IMG/VR virus record: IMGVR_UViG_3300012667_000587
Span: 1-35,669 of that record
Reading direction: 5' to 3' (one strand)
DNA length: 35,669 nucleotides
From: a virus
Lineage: Duplodnaviria; Caudoviricetes
Program-made: the position numbers and the translations under genes
The notes under the pieces: model-generated
Seen by the model: only the letters and a program-made list of their open reading frames with translations
Told to the model about the DNA's origin: nothing
The model's database searches: none
Shown: positions 1 to 8,983 of the stretch, piece after piece
Position numbering within the stretch: the stretch's first letter is position 1
Layout of the letters: every line of letters starts with the position of its first letter

Positions 1-52
1 GCACAATATCCTAATATACTAGCTAGTGCTGCTCCTATTAATAGTTGTAATG

Positions 53-253
53 TCATTGTTTTTTGTTTTTATCGTTAGTTACTTCAAAAGAAACAAAAAT
101 AAGAAAACCTAATAAAAACAGACAAAGAAACCTAGGAAACTCGCCCCATACTCTAGGATCAAAAGACCAGAATAAAAAAGAACCTGCTAGATATATAATA
201 ACCCCTACTAGCAGTATTACTGGTAATAGCTCTTTTAATATTTTTAGTTTCAT
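53..253 (-). CDS. small two-TM membrane protein, hypothetical
   Basis: 66 aa, two hydrophobic stretches, basic tail; start overlaps stop of upstream gene. Confidence 0.7.
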   Translation of the reverse strand: MKLKILKELLPVILLVGVIIYLAGSFLFWSFDPRVWGEFPRFLCLFLLGFLIFVSFEVTNDKNKKQ

Positions 254-447
254 AGCTGCTCTTTTCTTTTGTTAGAGATTACTGTAGTATCTACTAGCTG
301 TTTGTCTAACAGCTGTAGGGTTTTGTGTTGTACTATTGTTACTCCTTCAGGATTAGAGAACAGCTGGTCTAGCTGTAGTTTTTCTATCTCATTCTCTGGA
401 GTAAGAGCTATCTGAGTGATTCCGTTACTTAATACATGTATTTTCAT
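250..447 (-). CDS. hypothetical protein
   Basis: ATG with A-rich leader, packed between neighbours. Confidence 0.7.
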   Translation of the reverse strand: MKIHVLSNGITQIALTPENEIEKLQLDQLFSNPEGVTIVQHKTLQLLDKQLVDTTVISNKRKEQL

Positions 448-979
448 ATTGTTTGTTTTTAATATTCTGTGAACACATTGAGTCTACATAGTTATTCCAT
501 ATAGTATCTCTTTTATCGTTTTTCTGATGAGCAGCTACGTATTTATATTGTACGTTGTGTATCTCATCTACTAGCCGGGACAATATCTGCCAGTACATTG
601 GATTCTTTACTCCTTCCCAGTTTTTCTGGATCCATTTCTTTCTCCACGTAGTTATACCATGTAGAACATATTGACTATCCATATGCAGCAGCACTTGTGA
701 GGTGTTTGGTATATGATGTTTTATGTAGAATAAACAAGATATTACTGCTTGTAGTTCCATGGTATTGTTAGTACAGCTAACAGCTGCCTGACTATCTTCA
801 TGTAGTATAGTATCATCATCTCTATCTACTATAACATATGCCCAGGCTCCTACACTTTTACTATGACCATTATCTCTGCAACCACCATCTGTATAGGCAT
901 CTACTATGTGTCCTGTTTTGTCTAGTTGTATTCGTGGAAACTTTGGTTTCAGTGGATTACTCTTCTTTGTTAGTCGCAT
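425..979 (-). CDS. rnhA: ribonuclease HI
   Basis: RNase H motifs AYTDGGC, TNNTMELQA, MDSQYV, WxxxNW..VKN, AAH, NNYVD (D-E-D-D catalytic set). Confidence 0.93.
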   Translation of the reverse strand: MRLTKKSNPLKPKFPRIQLDKTGHIVDAYTDGGCRDNGHSKSVGAWAYVIVDRDDDTILHEDSQAAVSCTNNTMELQAVISCLFYIKHHIPNTSQVLLHMDSQYVLHGITTWRKKWIQKNWEGVKNPMYWQILSRLVDEIHNVQYKYVAAHQKNDKRDTIWNNYVDSMCSQNIKNKQYENTCIK

Positions 980-1310
980 TATCTTGTTTTATATACTCAT
1001 ATGCTATACAGTTTCTTGTTCTAGTTATCTCATCAGCAGATACCATAGCAGCTGGTATGTAATAGAACACAATAACATCTCTTGACTGTGTACTAGTTGT
1101 TACGTACTCTACACCTTCTCTCAGCTGGAATAGTTCTTTGTTGATAACCAGCGTCTCTCTGTCACTACTCGTATCTCTACCACTATAGATAAAAAACTGC
1201 CAGCACTGTAATAGTTCTGCATAATGAGCCCAGTCATTAGTAGTATGTATACTGAGCTCTATTATACCACTGTCATGCTTTCTTATAAAAAACGCCTTTA
1301 CATTCTTCAT
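957..1310 (-). CDS. hypothetical protein
   Basis: ORF-track ORF with start moved to ATG 1310 (MKNVKAF). Confidence 0.7.
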   Translation of the reverse strand: MKNVKAFFIRKHDSGIIELSIHTTNDWAHYAELLQCWQFFIYSGRDTSSDRETLVINKELFQLREGVEYVTTSTQSRDVIVFYYIPAAMVSADEITRTRNCIAYEYIKQDNATNKEE

Positions 1311-1361
1311 TGCTCTGTTATTAAACACTAGGAGAGTAGTTATTTCTCAATAGTGTATTAG

Positions 1362-1733
1362 TTATCCTTGCTCTGGTATTGTTACTATTCTGTAGCTGTC
1401 ATCTGTTAGCAGCTTTTCAGTTTGTCTGATAGTCATAGCTGTTATGGTAGCTGTTGCTAGTTTCTCACACATCATAGCTAGTTCATGCTGCTTACGTAGT
1501 TGTTCACGTAGCTGACGTATCTCAGACAATAATCTCTTACTCTCTTGCTGTGCAGCTGTTCTAATAGCTTTCTTCCTCTTATCACTAGCATAGGGACTAG
1601 CTATACCATTACGAATGTATGTGGTTTCTATGAACTCCTGGGTAGGAGCCGGCTTAGGAGTTGGTGTGTATGCCATATTACCTATTGCGAATATGGTACC
1701 TGAGAATACGAGTACTGCTTTTGTGTTTTTCAT
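1362..1733 (-). CDS. hypothetical protein with coiled-coil C-terminus
   Basis: 123 aa, ATG, in-strand gene run. Confidence 0.7.
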   Translation of the reverse strand: MKNTKAVLVFSGTIFAIGNMAYTPTPKPAPTQEFIETTYIRNGIASPYASDKRKKAIRTAAQQESKRLLSEIRQLREQLRKQHELAMMCEKLATATITAMTIRQTEKLLTDDSYRIVTIPEQG

Positions 1734-1746
1734 TTTGCTTCTGTTT

Positions 1747-2133
1747 TTAGTTTTGACAATATGTAGATAATAGTTTTTCTTTGCATTCTTGACCTAGAGC
1801 TGATAGTCCTAGATTATTCCAATACTCTGGCCTATCATGAAAAATTTGTAGTTCTTCCCATACTTTTATAGAAATATCTGAATATTCTTCCTTCATCTCT
1901 TTCCATATATCTTCATTTTGCACATCTTCTCCGTTTTTTTCTAACATGGTTATACTGCACTCATAATCTTGTTGAGCATTCTTCATGTGTCTTCCAACAG
2001 CACACATATTGCCTGTAGCTCTATCATGATAAACACAAAGCCCAGTCCTAGAGTCAATAGCCCTCTTCTCAGGATTATTCTCATAGTACTCAATAGTCTC
2101 TAGCACTACTTCTTTTACAGTTTTCTTTTGCAT
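1747..2133 (-). CDS. hypothetical phage protein (CxY...CAVG...LQxxHD type)
   Basis: Start moved to ATG 2133 (MQKKTV) after A-rich leader; motifs CVYH, MCAVG, LQIFHD. Confidence 0.75.
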   Translation of the reverse strand: MQKKTVKEVVLETIEYYENNPEKRAIDSRTGLCVYHDRATGNMCAVGRHMKNAQQDYECSITMLEKNGEDVQNEDIWKEMKEEYSDISIKVWEELQIFHDRPEYWNNLGLSALGQECKEKLLSTYCQN

Positions 2134-2235
2134 ATTTCTGTTTTTGTTTTTTAATCTATGAATACCCAAGATGGGACATCTAGCTCTACTGCTAGTACTG
2201 ATATTACTTCTTGTATACTACTCATAGTTCTGTTT

Positions 2236-2988
2236 TTAGAGACCTTGTTTAATCTTTTCAACGCAACCCATGTAACCACAACAGTCTACTAGACTGTCTA
2301 CATGATTACCGTTATCTTTGTTAGCCCTGCATATTTTCAACCATGCCATCATTAGACATACCTGCTCTGGTGTGACAGCTGTACGTACTATAGTAGCCCA
2401 GCCAGCAGCTATATCTGCAAAATTCTCTGATGCACTACCATACTCACGTTGTCTATCACCATATATCAGACTCTTAGCAGTATCTAGTATAGTATGACCA
2501 GCTGCAGTACTGCTTATTGGTTCTGCTTCAGTTGTTTTTTGTTTATCAGTTGCTCTTTCTATTACTTCTAGTATTTGTGGTCTGTACCAGTAGTTTATAT
2601 TTTTGTTAGGTGTCCATAAACTTACAATACAGTCCTCATTGTCTACTTTATGTACTTCTTGTGGCTGTCCGATGCATAGTTCCATTGCATCAACCCAACC
2701 ATGAATATCATTATCATTTCCTGTTACTCTTACTACATCACCTGGTTGTAGCTGTAATCTATCTAGTGCTTCTTGGTTTGTTTCTTCTAATAATATACAC
2801 TGCGGTTTGCTGTATTTAGGATAAAAAGGAATAGCTTCTAGTCCATTATTCATTTTTACTATCCAGCAAGCTCCATCATCATCTAGTACTGTTCCTTCAT
2901 TAATACCGCCTCTTACGTATTTGGGATTATCATCTATATATTCATCTGTCAGTTTTACTTTTCTACCTATGTAGCTTGTTGTGCTCAT
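2236..2988 (-). CDS. protein with C-terminal DUF6378-like domain and N-terminal SH3/KOW-like modules
   Basis: C-terminus GDRQREYGSA.ENF..IA..W..V.LMM..LKI.R...DSLVD..GY; N-terminal IGRKVKL and QPGDVVRV. Confidence 0.8.
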   Translation of the reverse strand: MSTTSYIGRKVKLTDEYIDDNPKYVRGGINEGTVLDDDGACWIVKMNNGLEAIPFYPKYSKPQCILLEETNQEALDRLQLQPGDVVRVTGNDNDIHGWVDAMELCIGQPQEVHKVDNEDCIVSLWTPNKNINYWYRPQILEVIERATDKQKTTEAEPISSTAAGHTILDTAKSLIYGDRQREYGSASENFADIAAGWATIVRTAVTPEQVCLMMAWLKICRANKDNGNHVDSLVDCCGYMGCVEKIKQGL

Positions 2989-3000
2989 TGTTTTATGTTT

Positions 3001-3330
3001 TTAGTTGTTTACCTCATAGATTCCTAACCATATGTCTCCATTATCAGCTACATAGCTGCCTACTATAGAGTATACTGGTTTCTTTGGTTGTTGTTTCAGC
3101 TGTACTAGTCCCCAATCTACTAACAGCTGATTGTTACATAACCAGTTGTAGTACCACTCTTCATTATTGAGTATGTGCCTGAATGTTTTCCCTAAGAACT
3201 TTCCATATGGCAAGACTGCATCAGGGTTATACTCATACAGCTTGTGGTCCATTGGAGTACCTTTCTTATACTGTACTGTTTGTGTACTCGTATTTGTAGA
3301 GACAGTTGCTGGCTTTTTGGGTAGTTTCAT
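3001..3330 (-). CDS. DUF3820 / exonuclease-X C-terminal-like small domain protein
   Basis: LPYGKFLGKTF..I....WYYNWL matches the hPFGKyKG...YhxWh pattern. Confidence 0.7.
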   Translation of the reverse strand: MKLPKKPATVSTNTSTQTVQYKKGTPMDHKLYEYNPDAVLPYGKFLGKTFRHILNNEEWYYNWLCNNQLLVDWGLVQLKQQPKKPVYSIVGSYVADNGDIWLGIYEVNN

Positions 3331-3577
3331 GTTGAATCTTTATACTATTATACATTTTCAATATTGCCACCCTATCCTCTACTACTGCCCTGTGCATATG
3401 CTCTATTGAGTTGCATTTTACGATTACATTTGTGTGTCGTTCCCTTACCTGAGTTCTTACATCATACACCTGTTCCTGTACAGCTGTTATCTTACCCAAA
3501 CACTGAGCAATATACAACAACATTACTATATTAGCAGCTGTCATTATTACCATTCCTATTATCATTATATCTTGCAT
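3266..3577 (-). CDS. membrane-anchored hypothetical protein
   Basis: Start moved to ATG 3577 (MQDIMIIG); N-terminal TM helix. Confidence 0.6.
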   Translation of the reverse strand: MQDIMIIGMVIMTAANIVMLLYIAQCLGKITAVQEQVYDVRTQVRERHTNVIVKCNSIEHMHRAVVEDRVAILKMYNSIKIQHETTQKASNCLYKYEYTNSTV

Positions 3578-3597
3578 GTTTTTAGTTTTTTGTGTTA

Positions 3598-3729
3598 TTA
3601 TTTTTCTTTGTAGCCTACGCTTAAACACATAACCAACAATAGAGTAGCTGCTACCTAGTGATCATTCATGTAAAGAGCAGTTGAACATATTATACCTACT
3701 ACGACTATTGTTCCTATTAGTATTTTCAT
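3598..3729 (-). pseudogene. small two-TM protein gene interrupted by one in-frame TAG
   Basis: MKILIGTIVVVGIICSTALYMNDH-TAG(3655-3657)-VAATLLLVMCLSVGYKEK-TAA; ATG overlaps upstream stop. Confidence 0.5.
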
Positions 3730-3944
3730 TGTTTAGGTGGTTTAGGTAACAGTTGCCAATGTGTTACATTATATACTTCTCTATCTGCTTTTATCTCAGA
3801 GTGCCATTTTTTACTATCATGACTGTAGTATGCTACACATTGTTCTTTAGTAAAAGAACCAAAAAACGGCTCATCAAACGCTACTAATACATTGGAGGTA
3901 TCTTCATCTGGCAGCTGTTTATTAATATCTATCCATTTATTCAT
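3726..3944 (-). CDS. DUF551-like protein
   Basis: MNKWIDINKQLP...VLV...VTHWQLLPKPP signature; start moved to 3944 because upstream is a terminator. Confidence 0.85.
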   Translation of the reverse strand: MNKWIDINKQLPDEDTSNVLVAFDEPFFGSFTKEQCVAYYSHDSKKWHSEIKADREVYNVTHWQLLPKPPKQ

Positions 3945-3966
3945 GCTGTGTGTTTTTGTTTTTAAT

Positions 3967-4001
3967 AAAAAGACTCCTGCTACCATATGATAACAGGAGT
4001 C
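3967..4001 (-). terminator. intrinsic terminator
   Basis: Minus strand GACTCCTGTTATC-ATAT-GGTAGCAGGAGTC then TTTTT. Confidence 0.8.
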
Positions 4002-4017
4002 CATGTTTTACAGATTA

Positions 4018-4386
4018 TTAGTCTTGTACTCTCATTGTCTTCCATGTAGGAAACAACGTATTACGATACTCTTTCAGTCGATTCAGGCCTTTTTCATAGC
4101 CTTCTATCTCCTGATCTTTTTGTGCCAATGCTGACCAATCTACATTATTAGTATCCAGCATAGTCTCACGATACCTACGAGTTTTGTCCAGCTGTCTAGC
4201 AGTTTTCTCGATACTATCTGACAATGTACTCAGGTTGTCCACACAGGCATACTGCAGAGACTGTTCTTCTCTCTCCTGGGCAGATTGTTTCAGTATCTGC
4301 TCGTAGGTTAATACTGCCGTAGCTACTACTGTTTTCGATGTTGCTGATGCAGCTGTCTTGTTGCGATTGTTTGTTGTTTTTGTCAT
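4018..4386 (-). CDS. coiled-coil hypothetical protein
   Basis: 122 aa, A/C-rich leader, followed by terminator. Confidence 0.75.
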   Translation of the reverse strand: MTKTTNNRNKTAASATSKTVVATAVLTYEQILKQSAQEREEQSLQYACVDNLSTLSDSIEKTARQLDKTRRYRETMLDTNNVDWSALAQKDQEIEGYEKGLNRLKEYRNTLFPTWKTMRVQD

Positions 4387-5830
4387 TGTTTGTTGTTTGA
4401 TTGTTTGTTTGATTAATAGTTGTATTATCGTTCTTTTCTTTACTGTTTTTTGGCCACGATCTGTGGTCTGGTACCCAGTGACCAGAGTTTATGTATTCAT
4501 CTATTTCTTTTGCTGTGTAGTCCCAATCAGTGAGCCCTTTTTCTGTTTCTACTTTGTATAGCTTGTTTGAGTGTTCTCTTATATACCAACCACCAGAGTT
4601 ATCCCCTGGCATACAGTACTTATCACTTACTTTCCATTTCCTACCAGCTGGCTGTTTCTGCTTACTAATATATTCTTCAGCAGCTTCAAAGGTACTAAAA
4701 GGAAGATAACCAGCTTTTATACTTTTCTCATGGGATTTTGTTATTCTAGTAAGGTTATGTCTGTCATTAAGATGATGTGTACCCTTTTTATCTACCCAAG
4801 AACTAGAATCTCCTTCATACACTGTAACACCATCAGTAGTAACAATAGACCATTTAGGGACAGCTGGCTCATCTTTGTGGTGTACTATATCTACACCAGT
4901 ACCTTCTTCTCCACTAAAAAACCATGACTGATCTCCACCATCAAGGATTACATAATATAAAGAACGTGCTACTCCTATATCTGCTATAGTACCTACACAA
5001 CCTTTCATAGCACCTCTAACAACCTTTATTCTATCTCCTTTTTTGAACATTCTCTCTGTTACCGGTTCCGCTTCAGAGGCTGGTTGTTCTAATATACTCT
5101 TCCATAGTTCATAAGGGACTATAGGTAGATCATCTTCTCCTTTATGTTCATGGGCTTCTACATTCTTTGGATCTACCTTATACCACCCTCCATCACCATT
5201 CCAATGGCTTCCACGAGGTAACATCTTTAGATACTGAGCTATTTCACATGTTGCTTGGTTTGGATTCTCTACCCAATACTCTTCTGGGAGTACATCACCA
5301 TCCCATATATATGGTTCTGGTTTTTTGGCAGGTACAGGAGCTGGCTTAGTAACAGATTCTATCTCTTTTGGTGTATCTGGCCTTATTCTGGTGTTTACTG
5401 GATATGTAGATGATATAGTGCCTTTAGTAGTTTCATATTCCCAATGATATGGTTTACCATTACTCTTTAGTATTTGTACTATATCTCCTACTTTTTGGTT
5501 ATTAGTAGTAAAACAACCATCGTTTATAAAAACCACCCAATCACCTGCTTCATACTCTATTGTACCTTGATACTGTTGCAGAAACTGAGCAGCTGTTAGT
5601 TGGTCAGGCCTAATAGTAGACCCTCTTGCTATTTTTTTATCACTTTTAGTAATAATAATAGGAAGAGTGTTTTTATAGTAGTTTGTAGAGTCTGTAGGTT
5701 TGTCTCCGTTTATCCACATCCATCCAGCATCTTCAAACACTTGCATTACATCTTTCCATGTCTGTTCTTGTTCTCCATTGAGCTCTATCCTCAGACCCTC
5801 AGGGATAGGAGGAGCGTTTGTTCTTTTCAT
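4214..5830 (-). CDS. large mosaic hypothetical protein with SH3/KOW-like modules
   Basis: 538 aa; modules YEAGDWVV, FKKGDRIKVVRG..KG..G.I, WKVSDKY separated by Pro/Ala linkers. Confidence 0.8.
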   Translation of the reverse strand: MKRTNAPPIPEGLRIELNGEQEQTWKDVMQVFEDAGWMWINGDKPTDSTNYYKNTLPIIITKSDKKIARGSTIRPDQLTAAQFLQQYQGTIEYEAGDWVVFINDGCFTTNNQKVGDIVQILKSNGKPYHWEYETTKGTISSTYPVNTRIRPDTPKEIESVTKPAPVPAKKPEPYIWDGDVLPEEYWVENPNQATCEIAQYLKMLPRGSHWNGDGGWYKVDPKNVEAHEHKGEDDLPIVPYELWKSILEQPASEAEPVTERMFKKGDRIKVVRGAMKGCVGTIADIGVARSLYYVILDGGDQSWFFSGEEGTGVDIVHHKDEPAVPKWSIVTTDGVTVYEGDSSSWVDKKGTHHLNDRHNLTRITKSHEKSIKAGYLPFSTFEAAEEYISKQKQPAGRKWKVSDKYCMPGDNSGGWYIREHSNKLYKVETEKGLTDWDYTAKEIDEYINSGHWVPDHRSWPKNSKEKNDNTTINQTNNQTTNNDKNNKQSQQDSCISNIENSSSYGSINLRADTETICPGERRTVSAVCLCGQPEYIVR

Positions 5831-5851
5831 ATTGGTTGTTTTATGTTGTTT

Positions 5852-6430
5852 TTATTCATTAACAATATTATAGGGCACTAGAAAAGCGTCTAGAGCCACT
5901 TTTTCTATAGAACCATCAGCTCTTTCTATTTTCACATTTCTCCAGTCTGTACTACTATTCCGGTCATTCCATGTTTGTACTACTGTTACTTTTTCACCAG
6001 TACTTTCCTCAATAAGAATCTTAGACAACAGCTGACTGCCGTAAAGAATAGAAAACCCTTCTCCATATTCTGTATCTAGATCTACCAGATCTATATTTAG
6101 CTCTGATGTATTAAGAGACTCTATAAACTGTTTAACAGATAGTGCAGCTTCTTTTGACACCCATGAATACTCTTCATCACTCTTTCTGCCTCCTTGGTAG
6201 CTAGTAGCTACTAGAACATCATCAAGGAAATACGCTCTATAGCCTACATAGCTATCTGTACAATACCAATGACCTATATAATAGTTTTTTAGTCTTGCAC
6301 CTTCTGCAGTATCATCGTAGTAGTTACCATAATAGCTTATTCCTAGTTCTGTTGCTAGTTCTTCTATATCAACATTGCCCTGATTTTTTCTACTCTTATC
6401 TACTTTTTCTGTTAGTTCTCTTAGTTTCAT
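5852..6430 (-). CDS. hypothetical phage protein
   Basis: 192 aa; WYCTDSYVG motif; coupled to upstream gene. Confidence 0.8.
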   Translation of the reverse strand: MKLRELTEKVDKSRKNQGNVDIEELATELGISYYGNYYDDTAEGARLKNYYIGHWYCTDSYVGYRAYFLDDVLVATSYQGGRKSDEEYSWVSKEAALSVKQFIESLNTSELNIDLVDLDTEYGEGFSILYGSQLLSKILIEESTGEKVTVVQTWNDRNSSTDWRNVKIERADGSIEKVALDAFLVPYNIVNE

Positions 6431-6834
6431 ACTGTTTGGTTTTGTTTTTTCTGTTCAATATACGCAATAACATCTTCTATATCCTCATCAGAGAGATACG
6501 TAATATTCTCTAGTATAACATGAATACTGTTGATGTAGTCTTCAGCCAGGTCTTTTGCTATAGTGTTCCAGGTGCCGGGTTCAATAACCTTCATCATCTT
6601 AGGTATCATACTATCCAGCTGCCTGATAGTGTCTGCAGCAACAACAGTGAGATCTACAAACCCTGTAGCCTTATTCTTTTTGGCCTGTTCTCTATAGAAT
6701 ACCAGGGTTTCACTCTTCCGTATGTCATCCAGAGTCTTTCTGAACAGCTGTCTCTCTATGAATAGTCTCTTATATGAGTCAGCTAGTATCTTTCGTCTGG
6801 TCTCAGTAATCTGTGATGGATCAGTTATCTTCAT
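6427..6834 (-). CDS. hypothetical protein
   Basis: 135 aa, ATGA overlaps at both ends. Confidence 0.75.
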   Translation of the reverse strand: MKITDPSQITETRRKILADSYKRLFIERQLFRKTLDDIRKSETLVFYREQAKKNKATGFVDLTVVAADTIRQLDSMIPKMMKVIEPGTWNTIAKDLAEDYINSIHVILENITYLSDEDIEDVIAYIEQKKQNQTV

Positions 6835-6968
6835 TGTCTGTTTTCTTTGTGTATTTTAATAAGGACTCCTATTAGTACAGCTAACAGTAAAAACCCAATA
6901 GCACCCACTGTCTGTATTATTACATCTTTATTGACATACGATATTGGTATGTAGAGTAGTTGTGTCAT
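6831..6968 (-). CDS. small membrane protein (45 aa, not in ORF track)
   Basis: MTQLLYIPISYVNKDVIIQTVGAIGFLLLAVLIGVLIKIHKENRQ; fills the gap with ATGA overlaps on both sides. Confidence 0.65.
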   Translation of the reverse strand: MTQLLYIPISYVNKDVIIQTVGAIGFLLLAVLIGVLIKIHKENRQ

Positions 6969-7312
6969 AGTGTTGCGGTTTTTATGATAACCTGAATACT
7001 ATCAGCTGATTCATATAGTCGTAATCCTCTAAGCTGTTTTTCTACTATTATCAACGTGTTTAACATCTCTGGCACAGACTCAGGATTGATGTTCTTAGCA
7101 TACGTATTGTTAATAGCTAATACAATAGCAGCTGCATCATGTTCTCCGCTGTTTTTACAGTACCTATCATCTTGTACATATGCAATCCACCAGCTAGCTT
7201 TGTTGGAGCTTATTTCTATACATTTGGTGGCTATACTATCTATATTTGTTAGAGTAGTATCACATACCCACTCACCTGTTGTCATATTCTTTTTTATCTC
7301 TTTCTGTGTCAT
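6965..7312 (-). CDS. hypothetical protein
   Basis: Start moved to ATG 7312 (MTQKEIKK); TTGEW...AAAIVLAIN..PEML pattern typical of small phage proteins. Confidence 0.7.
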   Translation of the reverse strand: MTQKEIKKNMTTGEWVCDTTLTNIDSIATKCIEISSNKASWWIAYVQDDRYCKNSGEHDAAAIVLAINNTYAKNINPESVPEMLNTLIIVEKQLRGLRLYESADSIQVIIKTATL

Positions 7313-7313
7313 A

Positions 7314-7652
7314 CTATTGTGTTTTTGTTTGTAACCATAGTTCATACAGCTGTTGTGATGTTTTGTAACAGTTTTCACTTGTATTATTAATATTGCTTTT
7401 TGCACTGTGTATTTTGTACCATCTTATACCAGTATTCTGCCAGTTATTTCCTAGCAACCAATCAGCAAACTCAACAGCTTCATTAGCCGACTGTTGTTCT
7501 TGCCATCTTGCTCCTGCTTTAAAAGACTCTGTTGAACATTTATAAGCATTACCAGCTTCATCATTGTTATTAGAAAATAGATTACCGTTAAACTGAAAAA
7601 CATTGTAATCTGCATATTCATTAGCAGCTGCTTTTATTGTCTCTTTATTCAT
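7314..7652 (-). CDS. hypothetical phage protein
   Basis: IKAAANEYA...FKAGARW...AVEFADW repeats typical of Bacteroidota phage proteins. Confidence 0.75.
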   Translation of the reverse strand: MNKETIKAAANEYADYNVFQFNGNLFSNNNDEAGNAYKCSTESFKAGARWQEQQSANEAVEFADWLLGNNWQNTGIRWYKIHSAKSNINNTSENCYKTSQQLYELWLQTKTQ

Positions 7653-8475
7653 ATCCTAGATCTTTTAGTGCTTGTTTGTAACCATATTTATATCCTATTT
7701 TTCCAGCTAGTAGTACATTAAAACTAACTCTTTTATCTGATCTTCTAGAAAACCCTTCTGCTTTCTTTTCTATCTCTTCATCAGTAAGAACAGTTGGCTT
7801 CTCTGGATGTTTTTCTCTATAATCAGCTACAGCATCGTATATATCTTCTTCTTTTTGACCAGCTGGTTCTATTACTAGTTTACCACTTCTAATATCTTCT
7901 ACTGTTTGTCCTAGTTTCTTAACAGCATTGGATATGTCTTCATTTGTTACAGCTGTAGAGAATGTTAGTAGTAGATTACTCCCTGTGTCAGTAATATATT
8001 TTCTAAACTCTGCTTCTGGGTATCTTTTACTTGTGATAAAAGGTATCTTTGAACACGTAAAACTATCAGCAACCCCTTCTTCCGGTGTACCAGCATCTAT
8101 CCATGCTTGTATTGTTTCTTTAGAGATTGGTAATGTACCTTTTATCTGAGGGTAGCTGGCTATTATCTTTTTAACACCCAGCTCATTACCTATTTTTACT
8201 AATCTTTCTGTATCAGCCTTGAACACAGAATACTCTAATGTTCTACTACCAGATGCATAGTACATATCATTCATTTCTATTTTATCATCACTAAGAACTA
8301 GCAGCTGTTGTGCTTGCCAATACGGGTTATGTTCATCTTCTGCTGTGTGAGTAGCAATGGTTGTCTCTCCTATACTATCACCATATAATAATGGTTTTAT
8401 GCATTTACATATATCTCCTGTAGCAAACCCTTGCTTATCCAGTGGAATAGTTACTATTTGTACGGTCTTTTCCAT
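7645..8475 (-). CDS. hypothetical phage protein
   Basis: Start moved to ATG 8475 (MEKTVQ); QQLLVLSDDKIE...KKIIAS pattern. Confidence 0.75.
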   Translation of the reverse strand: MEKTVQIVTIPLDKQGFATGDICKCIKPLLYGDSIGETTIATHTAEDEHNPYWQAQQLLVLSDDKIEMNDMYYASGSRTLEYSVFKADTERLVKIGNELGVKKIIASYPQIKGTLPISKETIQAWIDAGTPEEGVADSFTCSKIPFITSKRYPEAEFRKYITDTGSNLLLTFSTAVTNEDISNAVKKLGQTVEDIRSGKLVIEPAGQKEEDIYDAVADYREKHPEKPTVLTDEEIEKKAEGFSRRSDKRVSFNVLLAGKIGYKYGYKQALKDLGYE

Positions 8476-8486
8476 GTTTATTGTTT

Positions 8487-8723
8487 TTATTGGTTTATAT
8501 ACTCTGTGCCTGGTACTAATGCTGTTAGGTAATACCACTCATCCTCTGTTCCTATTCTTCCACCTCCTTGTAATAGATGTTTGACAAACTCTTTAGTTGT
8601 AACAGGAAACAGTTCTTTTATCTGTTCTACAGTAGGATAAGAAAGAAAAACACTGACTAGATAATCTCCATGTTGGTCATAATTATTATATGCCCTTGTT
8701 ATTACATACACTGTCTTTTTCAT
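8487..8723 (-). CDS. hypothetical protein
   Basis: 78 aa, ATG with A-rich leader. Confidence 0.7.
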   Translation of the reverse strand: MKKTVYVITRAYNNYDQHGDYLVSVFLSYPTVEQIKELFPVTTKEFVKHLLQGGGRIGTEDEWYYLTALVPGTEYINQ

Positions 8724-8754
8724 TGTATTATTGTTTTTTGTGATTAATAAGAAT

Positions 8755-8791
8755 AAAAAAGAGAGTAGTGATCGAACAACACTACTCTCTT
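8755..8791 (-). terminator. intrinsic terminator of the tmRNA/tRNA-like unit
   Basis: Perfect 12-bp stem aagagagtagtg (8759-8770) / cactactctctt (8780-8791), T-run on minus strand. Confidence 0.75.
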
Positions 8792-8858
8792 AGTTTTTCG
8801 ATGCACGTTTGTCTGGTGACAACACTCATGTACATCTGTATAGCCATGGCAGCTATTG

Positions 8859-8952
8859 TGGTCAGAACAGGAGTCGAACCTGTGGCCCCTGCTTTTATCT
8901 GAGTGAGATTATCTTTCTCAGTGCAATGCTCTAGCCTCTGAGCTACCTGACC
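8859..8952 (-). tRNA. tRNA-like gene with 21-nt expanded anticodon loop (identity ambiguous)
   Basis: GGTCAGG/TCTGACC acceptor, GCTC-AGAGGCTA-GAGC D arm, ACAGG-TTCGACT-CCTGT T arm, discriminator A, no encoded CCA; 28-nt loop where 7 nt expected. Confidence 0.75.
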
Positions 8953-8983
8953 ATGTTTTATTATAGGGATGTCTACCCTCTGT

